From Candidatus Hermodarchaeota archaeon (GTDB lineage: Archaea; Asgardarchaeota; Lokiarchaeia; Sigyniarchaeales; SOKP01), in the NCBI GenBank assembly GCA_048885925.1, contig JBHLLG010000017.1, positions 1-46,740 of the forward strand: a stretch of 46,740 nt of DNA, read 5' to 3'. A program made the position numbers and the translations under genes. Shown in pieces: positions 21,994 through 31,000 of this stretch (within the stretch, counting starts at the first letter, position 1; each line of letters starts with the position of its first letter). Under the pieces are notes generated by a model, which saw nothing but the letters and a program-made list of their open reading frames with translations, had not been told where the DNA came from and did no database searches.

Positions 21994-22875
21994 TTAAATT
22001 TCAATTTTTTCAATTATTCCATCAAATACTTTTTCGATAGGACCTTCCATAAGAACTGTCTTACCTGTATATGTTATTCTCAAGTCACCCCCATCATTGT
22101 GCACAGTTATAGGAACTTTCTCATTAAATATTCCAAGAATCGTTCCTGCTACAACAGTAGCACAAGCTCCTGTACCACATGATTTAGTAATTCCCACCCC
22201 TCTTTCAAATACTCTTACAATACATTCTTCTTTAGAAATCACTTTAACAAATTCTACATTTACTTTTTTTGGAAAATAATGATGAGACTCTATTGTAGCA
22301 CCATACATAGTTAATTTATCATCATTCAATTGTTCTTCAACAAAAATAACTGCATGTGGATTACCCATTGAAACTGCTGTGAAATTGAAAACTTTATCCA
22401 ATATAACTAATGGTTCATTTACACATCGATTTAAAAGGCTGTCCAAATTTACGGGAATGTCTTCACATTTCAAAATTGGTGGTCCCATATCAATCTTAAC
22501 CGCTTTAACTTTATTATCAACAATAATAAGATTGGCAATCATGATTCCTTTGAGAGTTTCTATTTTAATCTCTTCTTTTTTTATGATCCTATTTTCATAG
22601 AGATATTTTGAAAAGCATCTTATCCCATTTCCACACATCTCTGCTTCTAATCCATCATTATTAAATATTCTCATTTTAATATCAGCACGATTAGATTCAC
22701 AGACAAAAATTAAACCATCTGCTCCAATTGAAAAATGAATTTCACATAATTTAAGAGCTAATACGGACTTTTTTTCCTCTGGAACCCTCCATTTAATATC
22801 ATTAATGATAATATAATCATTTCCTAAACCGTGATATTTTCCAAATTCTAAATTCTCTAAAATAAAATCTTCCAT
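21994..22875 (-). CDS. dapF: Diaminopimelate epimerase
   Basis: KYHGLGNDY, EMCGNGIRC, SMGNPH, ERGVG.T.SCGTG. Confidence 0.95.
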   Translation of the reverse strand: MEDFILENLEFGKYHGLGNDYIIINDIKWRVPEEKKSVLALKLCEIHFSIGADGLIFVCESNRADIKMRIFNNDGLEAEMCGNGIRCFSKYLYENRIIKKEEIKIETLKGIMIANLIIVDNKVKAVKIDMGPPILKCEDIPVNLDSLLNRCVNEPLVILDKVFNFTAVSMGNPHAVIFVEEQLNDDKLTMYGATIESHHYFPKKVNVEFVKVISKEECIVRVFERGVGITKSCGTGACATVVAGTILGIFNEKVPITVHNDGGDLRITYTGKTVLMEGPIEKVFDGIIEKIEI

Positions 22876-23091
22876 GGTTCCATCAATTATACTAAATAAA
22901 CACTAGTTTTTTAATTATTAAATTGAATAAAAAGATATTCAACTTTAAAAATTTCTTAATAATTTTAAGACTTTTATATATTTATTTTCATTGTAATTAG
23001 AATCTTTGAGAAAATAAAGTGTAAAAAATGAAAACTTTTAAAATGATATTTATAATATCTATTTTAAATTAATTCGATATTCTGTACTGTA

Positions 23092-23637
23092 ATGAATTTC
23101 AAAAAGATTACGCTTATAGGTTTATTTATTTTTCTTTTGGTTCCAGTTATTAATACTACAGCATTCACATATATAGATAATATAAAAGATGGAAATTATA
23201 TCTTCTTTTTAGTAGATTTAGAAATAGATCAGAATATTGAGTTGAGTATAACTCATGATGAAAGTGGAAATTTTACACTTTTTCTTTTTAATAGAAGACC
23301 CTCAAGTTCTAATGTTAATAATGATAAAACACTTAATGGAAGAATTTTTAATAATCCCCCAACTGTAGCTTTTAATCTAGACAATAGTCCTTACATAAAT
23401 TATACAGCTTTAAAAACTGATATATATTATATAGAAATAATTCTAGTTGGTGGTGGACCAGATACATTTTATTTGACATCAACAATATCTTATAAAAATG
23501 GCACTATAGTAGATAAAGATTTAACGAGGTATTATTTACCAATAATCCCTGGTTTCCATTTAGAATATATATTCTTTTCACTTACTTTCACAGTAGGAAT
23601 AGTAATTATATTAATTAGAAAGAATTTGGGCAAATAA
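23092..23637 (+). CDS. Secreted protein with C-terminal PGF/Loki-CTERM-like anchor
   Basis: N-terminal signal peptide; IIPGF followed by a TM helix and basic tail. Confidence 0.7.
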   Translation: MNFKKITLIGLFIFLLVPVINTTAFTYIDNIKDGNYIFFLVDLEIDQNIELSITHDESGNFTLFLFNRRPSSSNVNNDKTLNGRIFNNPPTVAFNLDNSPYINYTALKTDIYYIEIILVGGGPDTFYLTSTISYKNGTIVDKDLTRYYLPIIPGFHLEYIFFSLTFTVGIVIILIRKNLGK

Positions 23638-23747
23638 AATAACATTTTTAAAACTTCCAAAAATATCTTTCTTTAAATATTCTTTAACTCTTAACGAGAA
23701 AATTTTTTTTGCATTTATATAAAAGAATTGAATGAGAATAAATTGAA

Positions 23748-25424
23748 ATGTATGAAAAAAAACCTTGGCTAAAATTTTATGATAAACATGTACCTGAGCA
23801 TATTGATTATCTTAGAACTACAATGTATAAAGCAGTGCTTAATACCTCTGAAAAATATCCTGATTCAATAGCATATGATTTTATGGGTTATGAATCTACT
23901 TATAAGCAATTAATTGAGGAAATCGATCAGTGTGCTAAAGCCCTATTTAACTTAGGACTAAGAAAGGGTGATCGAATGACAATAGCAATGCCAACAACTC
24001 CACAGGGGGTAATCTGTTTTTATGCAATCAATAAAATAGGGGGAATTGCTAGTATGATCCATCCTCTAAGCCCTCCAAAACAGATTGAATTTTTCTTAAA
24101 TCTTAGTAATAGCACTTTTGCACTTACAATTGATAAATTATATCCTAATTTTAATGCACTTTTTGATAAGACACCCTTAAAAATGTTAATATTAACTCAG
24201 TTAAGTCAAGATAAAGTAGAAGTACCTGAAAGTCCTCAAATTGCCTGGTGGAAATACATCATGGCTAAGGATTATAATGAAATTCCAAAAAGTCCAATAA
24301 ATCCCGATGATATGGCAGCAATTTTATATTCTGGAGGAACAACGGGTCTACCAAAAGGGATAATGCTCTCTAATTATAACTTTATAACAGAGGGAATTCA
24401 AGTTGCGACGTGGATGAATTTATCAGATAAGGACTCAGCTCTCGCAATATTGCCAATATTTCACGGTTTTGGACTTGGAGTGTGCGTTAATGCTATATTT
24501 ATGGGTGGTGGAAAAAGTATTTTAGTTCCCTCATTTACACCTGATCAAGTTGCTGATTTAATTGAGAATAAAAAACCTAACTTAATATTTGGGGTTCCTA
24601 CTTTGTATGAAGCTCTGAACAGAAATCCTAAATTTCAAACTACGGATTTAAGCTTTTTAAAGGCAGCCTTCTGTGGAGCAGATACTTTACCACGAACAAC
24701 AAAAGAAAAATTTGAAGAAATTTGTAAAAATAATGGCTCGAATGTCCAACTTCGGGAAGGATACGGATTAACTGAAGCTGTTACAGGGATTTGCGCTATG
24801 CCGTTAGGTGAATATAGGGAAGGAAGCATCGGAATTCCTTTTCCCGATATGATGATGAAAATAGTGAATATCGGTACATCAGATGAAGCTCCCATCGGTC
24901 AAGAGGGTGAGTTATGTATTCATGGGCCTGCTGTTATGTTAGGTTATTTAAACAATCCCGAAGAAACTGCTAAAACTTTAAAAAAACATAGCGATGGAAA
25001 AATCTGGCTCCATACCGGAGATATTGGAATAATGGATAAAGATGGATTCTTCTATTTTAAAATTAGATTTAAAAGAATGATAAAATCATCTGGTTTTAAC
25101 GTATATCCTGCTGAAGTTGAAAATATTCTTTATAAGCATTCGGATGTTCTTGAAGCTTGTATTATTGGAGTGCCTGATAAAGAACAAATTCAAAAAGTAA
25201 AAGCATTTGTAATTTTAAAAGATCCTAAAAAAGCTAATAAAGAAATGGAAATAGAATTGATAGATCACTGCCATCAAAATTTAATCAAATGGAGTTGCCC
25301 ACGAGAAATTGAGTTTACTGATCAATTACCTAAAACCCTAGTCGGAAAAATTGATTTTAAACAATTAGAAGAACAAGAAAAAGCTAAATTAAAAGCATCT
25401 GGAAAATATTATGGAGAAGATTAA
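23748..25424 (+). CDS. fadD: Long-chain fatty-acid-CoA ligase (AMP-binding)
   Basis: YSGGTTGLPKG, EGYGLTE, WLHTGD, LPKTLVGKI. Confidence 0.88.
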   Translation: MYEKKPWLKFYDKHVPEHIDYLRTTMYKAVLNTSEKYPDSIAYDFMGYESTYKQLIEEIDQCAKALFNLGLRKGDRMTIAMPTTPQGVICFYAINKIGGIASMIHPLSPPKQIEFFLNLSNSTFALTIDKLYPNFNALFDKTPLKMLILTQLSQDKVEVPESPQIAWWKYIMAKDYNEIPKSPINPDDMAAILYSGGTTGLPKGIMLSNYNFITEGIQVATWMNLSDKDSALAILPIFHGFGLGVCVNAIFMGGGKSILVPSFTPDQVADLIENKKPNLIFGVPTLYEALNRNPKFQTTDLSFLKAAFCGADTLPRTTKEKFEEICKNNGSNVQLREGYGLTEAVTGICAMPLGEYREGSIGIPFPDMMMKIVNIGTSDEAPIGQEGELCIHGPAVMLGYLNNPEETAKTLKKHSDGKIWLHTGDIGIMDKDGFFYFKIRFKRMIKSSGFNVYPAEVENILYKHSDVLEACIIGVPDKEQIQKVKAFVILKDPKKANKEMEIELIDHCHQNLIKWSCPREIEFTDQLPKTLVGKIDFKQLEEQEKAKLKASGKYYGED

Positions 25425-25670
25425 AATTGATTTTCTTTGCAATTTTATTCGATTTTGACTGATAAAATGCGTAATATTTATTTTCATTTATCAAATTTTT
25501 ATAATTACCGAACTACTAAGTTAACCTAAAAATAAGATACAAAAGTTAAAACGACGAAAATCGACATATGTGTCTTATAAAATATTGAGGGTTTCAATAA
25601 ACAAATTTTATATTTTTTATAATGTTTTTTTCACTATCAATAAAAATCAAACAAATTAAAGTGATTTAAA

Positions 25671-26930
25671 ATTTCTTTTGATGAATTAAGCAAAAAGTTA
25701 GCTAAATTTATGAAAGATACTGAAGAGATTGAGCTCACAGACGTAGATTTGTTTGCAGAATATCTTGAATTTCAAATGCTTCCAGGTATTATACAAACTG
25801 CTGCCCAAGCTGTATTACCTGGTGTTCCCGGAAAAGCAGAATGGACTCCTGCCAAATTCTCGCTTGATATAGAATTTCCAGGTAAAATTGAGACAATTGA
25901 ATTTGTACGTTCAAAAGGGAAAAGAGTTGTAATTGGAGGAGAGGTTGTTCCTCCATTTTATAATTTTCTTGGCTTGAGCAAACGAAATCCTAATCCACCT
26001 CTCGTAACTTATGATGTATTTGATATGGGTGCTAAAATGATGCTTCCAAAACCAATAAAAGAGGAATATGGTAGCGTTTTAGCAAATCCCGCTCAATGGG
26101 CAAAATTTGCTGTTGATAAATTTGGCGCAGAATGTATTACTTTCCACTCCTTAGAAATAGATCCTGCTATGGGAGATGCTCCAATCTCTCAATCCAGGAA
26201 ATATTTAGAAGATATACTTCAAGCTGTTGATGTACCTGTCATAATTGGATGCTCTGGAAATAAAAAGAAAGATGTAGAATTATTTGAAGTAACTGCTGCT
26301 GCAACTGAAAGCGAAGTGTTAATGCTCTCTGCCGCTGATAAAGCTACATGGGAAGAAGTATGCCAATCGAATTTATCGAATGACCTTCAAATCCCATTAG
26401 CTGTCAAATATGACCATAATTGCCTACTCTGGACAAGCCTAGATATGAACAACCAGATTAAGATGAACAAGGATGCTCTCGAACTTGGACTCCCCCGTAA
26501 TAGGATTGTAATGGATCCTACCTGCGCAACAGCTTAATTTGTGTAAATCTCTTACGTGGCTGCGATTTTGGGGTACGGTATGGAGTACTCATTTAGTATC
26601 TATCAACGCATGCGCATTGCTGGACTGCTAGGCGAAACTGATCTAGCATATCCGATCAGTGGAGGAACCACGAATGCCTGGGGTGCTAGAGAAGCTTGGA
26701 TGAGTGAGAAGCAAGCTCCTGAGTGGGGGCTACGACAATACCGAGGACCTATCTGGGAAGTCCTCAATGCATTAAGCTTATCGCTTGTGGGTTTGGATTT
26801 AGCAATGATGTTTCATCCAGTTGCCGCAAAGCATGTTAAGGATATTACAAAACAATTTTTTGCTGAAATCCCGAAAATTCTAGACGAAAAGGGTTATTAT
26901 GATTGGGTTTCAGCAAATTTGAGACGTTAA
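25671..26930 (+). CDS. cdhD: Acetyl-CoA decarbonylase/synthase delta subunit (corrinoid Fe-S protein small subunit), split by two putative BHB introns; exons 25671..26360, 26391..26530, 26567..26930 (397 aa)
   Basis: IGGE..PFY.F, P..WAK, LQAVDVP.IIG.SG...KD, RIVMDPT..LGYGMEYS, NAWGAREAW and RGPIWE motifs span ORFs 25710..26537 and 26556..26930, which share a frame. The start is ATT 25671 (inferred) or ATG 25710. Confidence 0.9.
26361..26390 (+). other. Putative 30-nt bulge-helix-bulge-type mRNA intron 1 in cdhD
   Basis: Central helix GAAG(26355-58)/CTTC(26385-88), bulges TAT and AAA, exon stem AGCTA-c-ATGGGA/TCCCAT-TAGCT, internal hairpin. Removal gives TWEEV|IPLAVKY. Confidence 0.72.
26531..26566 (+). 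other. Putative 36-nt bulge-helix-bulge mRNA intron 2 in cdhD (contains in-frame TAA)
   Basis: Central helix CGCA(26525-28)/TGCG(26561-64), bulges ACA and ATT, intron stems GCT/GGC and GTGTAA/TTACGT. Removal gives MDPTCAT|LGYGMEYS. Confidence 0.82.
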
Positions 26931-27200
26931 TCAACAATAAAATAAAATTTTTTTCTCACTTATTTTATATTAAATTAGGGATACATTAGTAAGAAATGTC
27001 CTTAAAATGGGCATTATAATTCCAACAAGGATTATATCAATCTACTTTCAAGCTTACTACTCAAACATAAAATGAAAATTTGGAATTCCGTAATCCTAAA
27101 AGAATTCTTGACACAAAATTTATAAAAATCATTTAGGTAAAAGAATAGAACTCGAATGGTATATTTTTTTGTCCAATAAAAAATGCTAATTGAAAGAAGT

Positions 27201-28190
27201 TTACCAAACGATTTGTTTATAATTGCATTTATTACATATAATAGATTCACCTTTTGTTGGAAAATGTGAGAGGATAGCACCACAATTAATGCAAACTAAT
27301 TCAAAAATTTTTACTTTTGATTTAAAATTCTTTTTCATGGACAACTGTTCCATAAGAATTTTAGTAAATGAAGACAAAAATGATGTAAGAATTAAAGGAT
27401 TTTTAGAAAATGTTATAATATCTATCTGATTTGAACCTATTTTGCTTAACATTAGAATATCATTTTCGGATTGCATATCCGTCCCACAGAACCATAACAT
27501 TCCCCTTTCTTTATCTTTTGTAATTAATTGAAGATTTTGAGAATGTAATATGTATTCTATAATACCGAAATATTTATTTACATTTTTTTTTTTACTTATA
27601 GCAATACCAAAGCTCATTAATACTCTCGTAGTACCAGTTAATTGTGTAAATTCTCTGATTTGTGAACTTGGAATTATCTTAGGTGTTAAAATTAATTTAT
27701 CAATTTGGATTTTAATTGGTTCAGAATTTAAAATTTTCAATTTCTTCTTATTATTAACATATGTTATAACTGACTTAAATTCACCGATAGCAGGTGAAAT
27801 ATAAGGAGTGAATTGAAGGCTTATTTCTTGCGAACTTTTTTCTTTTAATTCACCAAGTGCTATCTCTATGGTTTTAACTTCTTCTTCATCGTCCTCAATT
27901 ATAGGAAGCATACGTATCGTCAGAGGAAAACAGCCTAAATAACTTAAGAATTGGGGGGATATTACCTTAATTTTAACTTCAGAAATTGGATAAGAACCAT
28001 TATTATTTAAAGCAATTGAATAAATATAACAATTAGCTTGAGGGCTTAAGCTATTTACAAATTTAATTTTATCTTCTTTATTAATTTTTTCAACTGTATA
28101 GGAATCAATCTTTTTTGAAGGATAGGTTTTTTTACGATTAAATAATACAAGTCCCTGTATCTTATTCGATATTCTTTTTTTTTTTTCCAT
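27201..28190 (-). CDS. Hypothetical protein: Ig-like beta-sandwich + alpha/beta domain + C-terminal Zn ribbon
   Basis: 329-aa ORF; beta-rich YSIALNNNGSYPISEVKIKV segment; C-terminal CINCG...CNKCN. Confidence 0.7.
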   Translation of the reverse strand: MEKKKRISNKIQGLVLFNRKKTYPSKKIDSYTVEKINKEDKIKFVNSLSPQANCYIYSIALNNNGSYPISEVKIKVISPQFLSYLGCFPLTIRMLPIIEDDEEEVKTIEIALGELKEKSSQEISLQFTPYISPAIGEFKSVITYVNNKKKLKILNSEPIKIQIDKLILTPKIIPSSQIREFTQLTGTTRVLMSFGIAISKKKNVNKYFGIIEYILHSQNLQLITKDKERGMLWFCGTDMQSENDILMLSKIGSNQIDIITFSKNPLILTSFLSSFTKILMEQLSMKKNFKSKVKIFELVCINCGAILSHFPTKGESIICNKCNYKQIVW

Positions 28191-28408
28191 CTTATTAAAT
28201 ATTGCTTTCTATACAAAAATTCTTATTATTTAACATTTACTATGAAAATAACTCATTTCTAGTTAAATAGAATTTGGACTTTTTATTAAAATATTGTCTT
28301 ATTTTTTTCTGTTCTTATTAAGAGAAAGTGTTTTCCCCTTAATTAAATTCTTGCATAAGTTATTAAAATAAATATTTTCTTAATTGCAAAATAATTTATT
28401 ATTAATAA

Positions 28409-28504
28409 GTGCAAGATATTACAAAACAATTTTTTGCTGAAATCTCGAAAATTGTGGAGGATAAACGATATTATGACTGGGTTTCGGCGAATTTAAAACG
28501 TTAG
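28409..28504 (+). pseudogene. Diverged duplicate of the cdhD 3' end (last 31 codons)
   Basis: Translates VQDITKQFFAEISKIVEDKRYYDWVSANLKR* versus cdhD VKDITKQFFAEIPKILDEKGYYDWVSANLRR* (26835..26930). A 30-bp core is identical: 28415..28444 = 26841..26870. Confidence 0.9.
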
Positions 28505-28654
28505 TTTTTTTTTATTTTTTTATAAAATATTAAAAAATTTTAAGGGAAAAAGCTTAAAATAATATAGTAACTCTTCAACCATTATTTCTTCCCATTTGAA
28601 TATCAAAAAACCTAGAAAGGAAGAAAAATAACGATTTAAGAAAGAATCATTAAT

Positions 28655-30454
28655 ATGAGCGAATCCAATTTAAAAAGAAAACCTGAAGAATTAATTCAAG
28701 CTGAACAATTAGTTGTAGAAGGCAAGTTTGAAGAAGCTCATAAATTAATGGCGAAAATCAAGGAACGAGGAGAAATTACTCTTAAAAGTGAGTTATTATG
28801 CAATCTCCTTAAAACTGATATTATGATTCAGCAAGGGTTATACGAAGATGCAATCAAACTTGCGAATCAAACATATAATGCGAGTTTAGAATTAAGAGAA
28901 AATGTCTTAGCATTTGATGCTTTAAATTTTGAAACTAAAGCTCTATTATGGCTTTCTCGATCGGAAGAGGTTCTCACTAAAATTAAAGTAGGAGAAGAAC
29001 TTCTAAGGAATTTTAAGCAAGAATTACCCGAAGAATTCAAACTTAGAGAATCAGCTATTGAATTTCTTAAAGCTTGGTTTTACCTTTTGATAAATGATAA
29101 AAATAGAACAATAGAACATAAAGAACGCTCTCTAAAATTGCGAGAAGAATTATGTGATAAACGGGACCTTGCTGAAATCCTTATAGCAGGATCATGGGTA
29201 TATTTTACATTTACAGGTGAATTTGATCTTGCTTTACAAAATATAGAGCGAGGTTTAACCATTGCTAAAGAAATTAACTGGAAACATTTTATCGCAGTTG
29301 GATTTCAAGCTAAGGGTTATATTTTTCACTTTAAAGGAGATTTTAATCAGAGCAATATATTTTTAGAGAAAAGTCTAAATATTCTCAAAAATCTTAATAA
29401 TAAATCAATAATAGCAACTATATATAACACTATGGGTTGGAACTATGTTCTTTTAGGAGATTTAACTAGCTCTTCGAAATATTTAAAAAAAAGTTTAGGA
29501 TTAAACCGTGAATTGGGTTACAATAGAAATACTGCAGATCTGTTAATAAATATAATCATAAATTCAATTGAAATTAACAATCTTAAAGAGGCAAGGCAAT
29601 ATTTTTATGAGTTGGAAGAAATGGAAATTTCCACAAAAGATAAAATCATTAATCTCTGGTATCGTTATGTTAAAGCTTTGTTATTGAAAACAAGTCTAAG
29701 GGCTCCCAATCGAGGAGAAGCTGAAGTAATTTTAAAGCAAATCATTGATGAAAAAGTTGAGAATTATGAACTTAATGTATGGACACTACTTAACCTAAGT
29801 GAATTACTCCTAATTGAGTTGCGTATGCTTAATGATGTAGAAGTATTAGAAGAATTGAAATCTGTAATTGCTCAACTATTAAATCTTGCTGAAAAAAGTC
29901 GTTCTTATTATCTTTTAACTGAAATTTATTTTTTAAAAGGAAAATTAGCTCTGTTGACGTTAGATACAAAAGAAGCAAGAAAATCCTTAACTCAAGCTCA
30001 CCGAATTGCAGAAAGGTGGGGTTATAATCAATTGGCAACCAAAATTTCGCAAGAAAACAACAAATTACATAGTCAGTTAAATATGTGGAATGAGTTAAAT
30101 ACTCAAGAAATTTCTTTATCAGAACGAATAAAATTAGCAGGAATGGATGAACAAATTGAACATCTCCTTCGGAATCGTGTTTCTTTAACTACTCAAGTTA
30201 AAGAAAAGCAAATTACAGTACATAAACAAAGGAAAGTATGTATTGTCTGTAAGGGAGATATATCTGGTTTTATGTACACATGTAAATGCGATGCACTCTA
30301 CTGTGAAAAATGCGCTCGAGCGTTAACTGATATAGAAAATGTCTGTTGGGTTTGTAATACCGCAATTGATATTACAAAGGCGATAAAGCCATACAAGAAA
30401 GAAGATATTGAAGTAAAAGATGAGAAAAAAGATGGATTTATATCTAAGAGATAG
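28655..30454 (+). CDS. TPR-repeat protein with C-terminal Cys-rich Zn-binding (RING-like) domain
   Basis: Helical TPR-like repeats; CIVC..C.C...YCEKC..CWVC. This architecture is typical of Lokiarchaeal expanded families. Confidence 0.8.
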   Translation: MSESNLKRKPEELIQAEQLVVEGKFEEAHKLMAKIKERGEITLKSELLCNLLKTDIMIQQGLYEDAIKLANQTYNASLELRENVLAFDALNFETKALLWLSRSEEVLTKIKVGEELLRNFKQELPEEFKLRESAIEFLKAWFYLLINDKNRTIEHKERSLKLREELCDKRDLAEILIAGSWVYFTFTGEFDLALQNIERGLTIAKEINWKHFIAVGFQAKGYIFHFKGDFNQSNIFLEKSLNILKNLNNKSIIATIYNTMGWNYVLLGDLTSSSKYLKKSLGLNRELGYNRNTADLLINIIINSIEINNLKEARQYFYELEEMEISTKDKIINLWYRYVKALLLKTSLRAPNRGEAEVILKQIIDEKVENYELNVWTLLNLSELLLIELRMLNDVEVLEELKSVIAQLLNLAEKSRSYYLLTEIYFLKGKLALLTLDTKEARKSLTQAHRIAERWGYNQLATKISQENNKLHSQLNMWNELNTQEISLSERIKLAGMDEQIEHLLRNRVSLTTQVKEKQITVHKQRKVCIVCKGDISGFMYTCKCDALYCEKCARALTDIENVCWVCNTAIDITKAIKPYKKEDIEVKDEKKDGFISKR

Positions 30455-30656
30455 AAAATACCAAGAAGTTTTAGCTCAATGTTCTATGCATTTAATAATT
30501 AAAAGTATATATCTCGTATAAATAAGAAATCAACAAATTTCTATGTATGTGAATAGATTTCATATTCAATATCCTTTTCATTTAACCATTCTCTAAATTC
30601 TGTATCGTTCTTAAAACGATCTTTTAGCAAGTATAATATAACTAAAGTTATTTTTA

Positions 30657-30860
30657 TTAAGGAGGTTCTACATCTGGGCGAGATTCTGTAGCTGGTTTAC
30701 CTTCTATGCCCCAATGAGTCTTAGGAACTTCATGGACAAGAACCTCTACAGCGTAAGCTGGAATATTCATATCAACGAAAACTTTAGTTATTCCTGCTAT
30801 TATTTGTTTAACTTTCTCTTCAGAAATTCCTTTCCACATGTTTACATGAATTATTGGCAA
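30657..30860 (-). CDS. 4-oxalocrotonate tautomerase family protein
   Basis: Catalytic N-terminal Pro (MPIIHV), HWGIEGKP. Confidence 0.88.
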   Translation of the reverse strand: MPIIHVNMWKGISEEKVKQIIAGITKVFVDMNIPAYAVEVLVHEVPKTHWGIEGKPATESRPDVEPP

Positions 30861-31000
30861 ATTTTAACAACTCAAATTATATATTATATCATTAAAAATC
30901 TAATTGATTTATGTAAAATTATTTTATATTCAATTTTAATTAGTACCTAATAGAAAAGAAACTTAGATACAATTTAAAATAATACTTTTAAATTAATTTA

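Noticed and set aside
26535-26537. Selenocysteine or pyrrolysine recoding of the cdhD internal stop
   Set aside because: The stop is TAA, not TGA or TAG, and readthrough would leave 12 extra residues in a conserved motif.
25710-26930. cdhD as a simple nonsense pseudogene, or as two separate genes (275 aa + 124 aa)
   Set aside because: The stop lies inside a 36-nt insertion bounded by a BHB whose canonical cut sites restore the conserved motif. The rest of the gene shows no other lesions.
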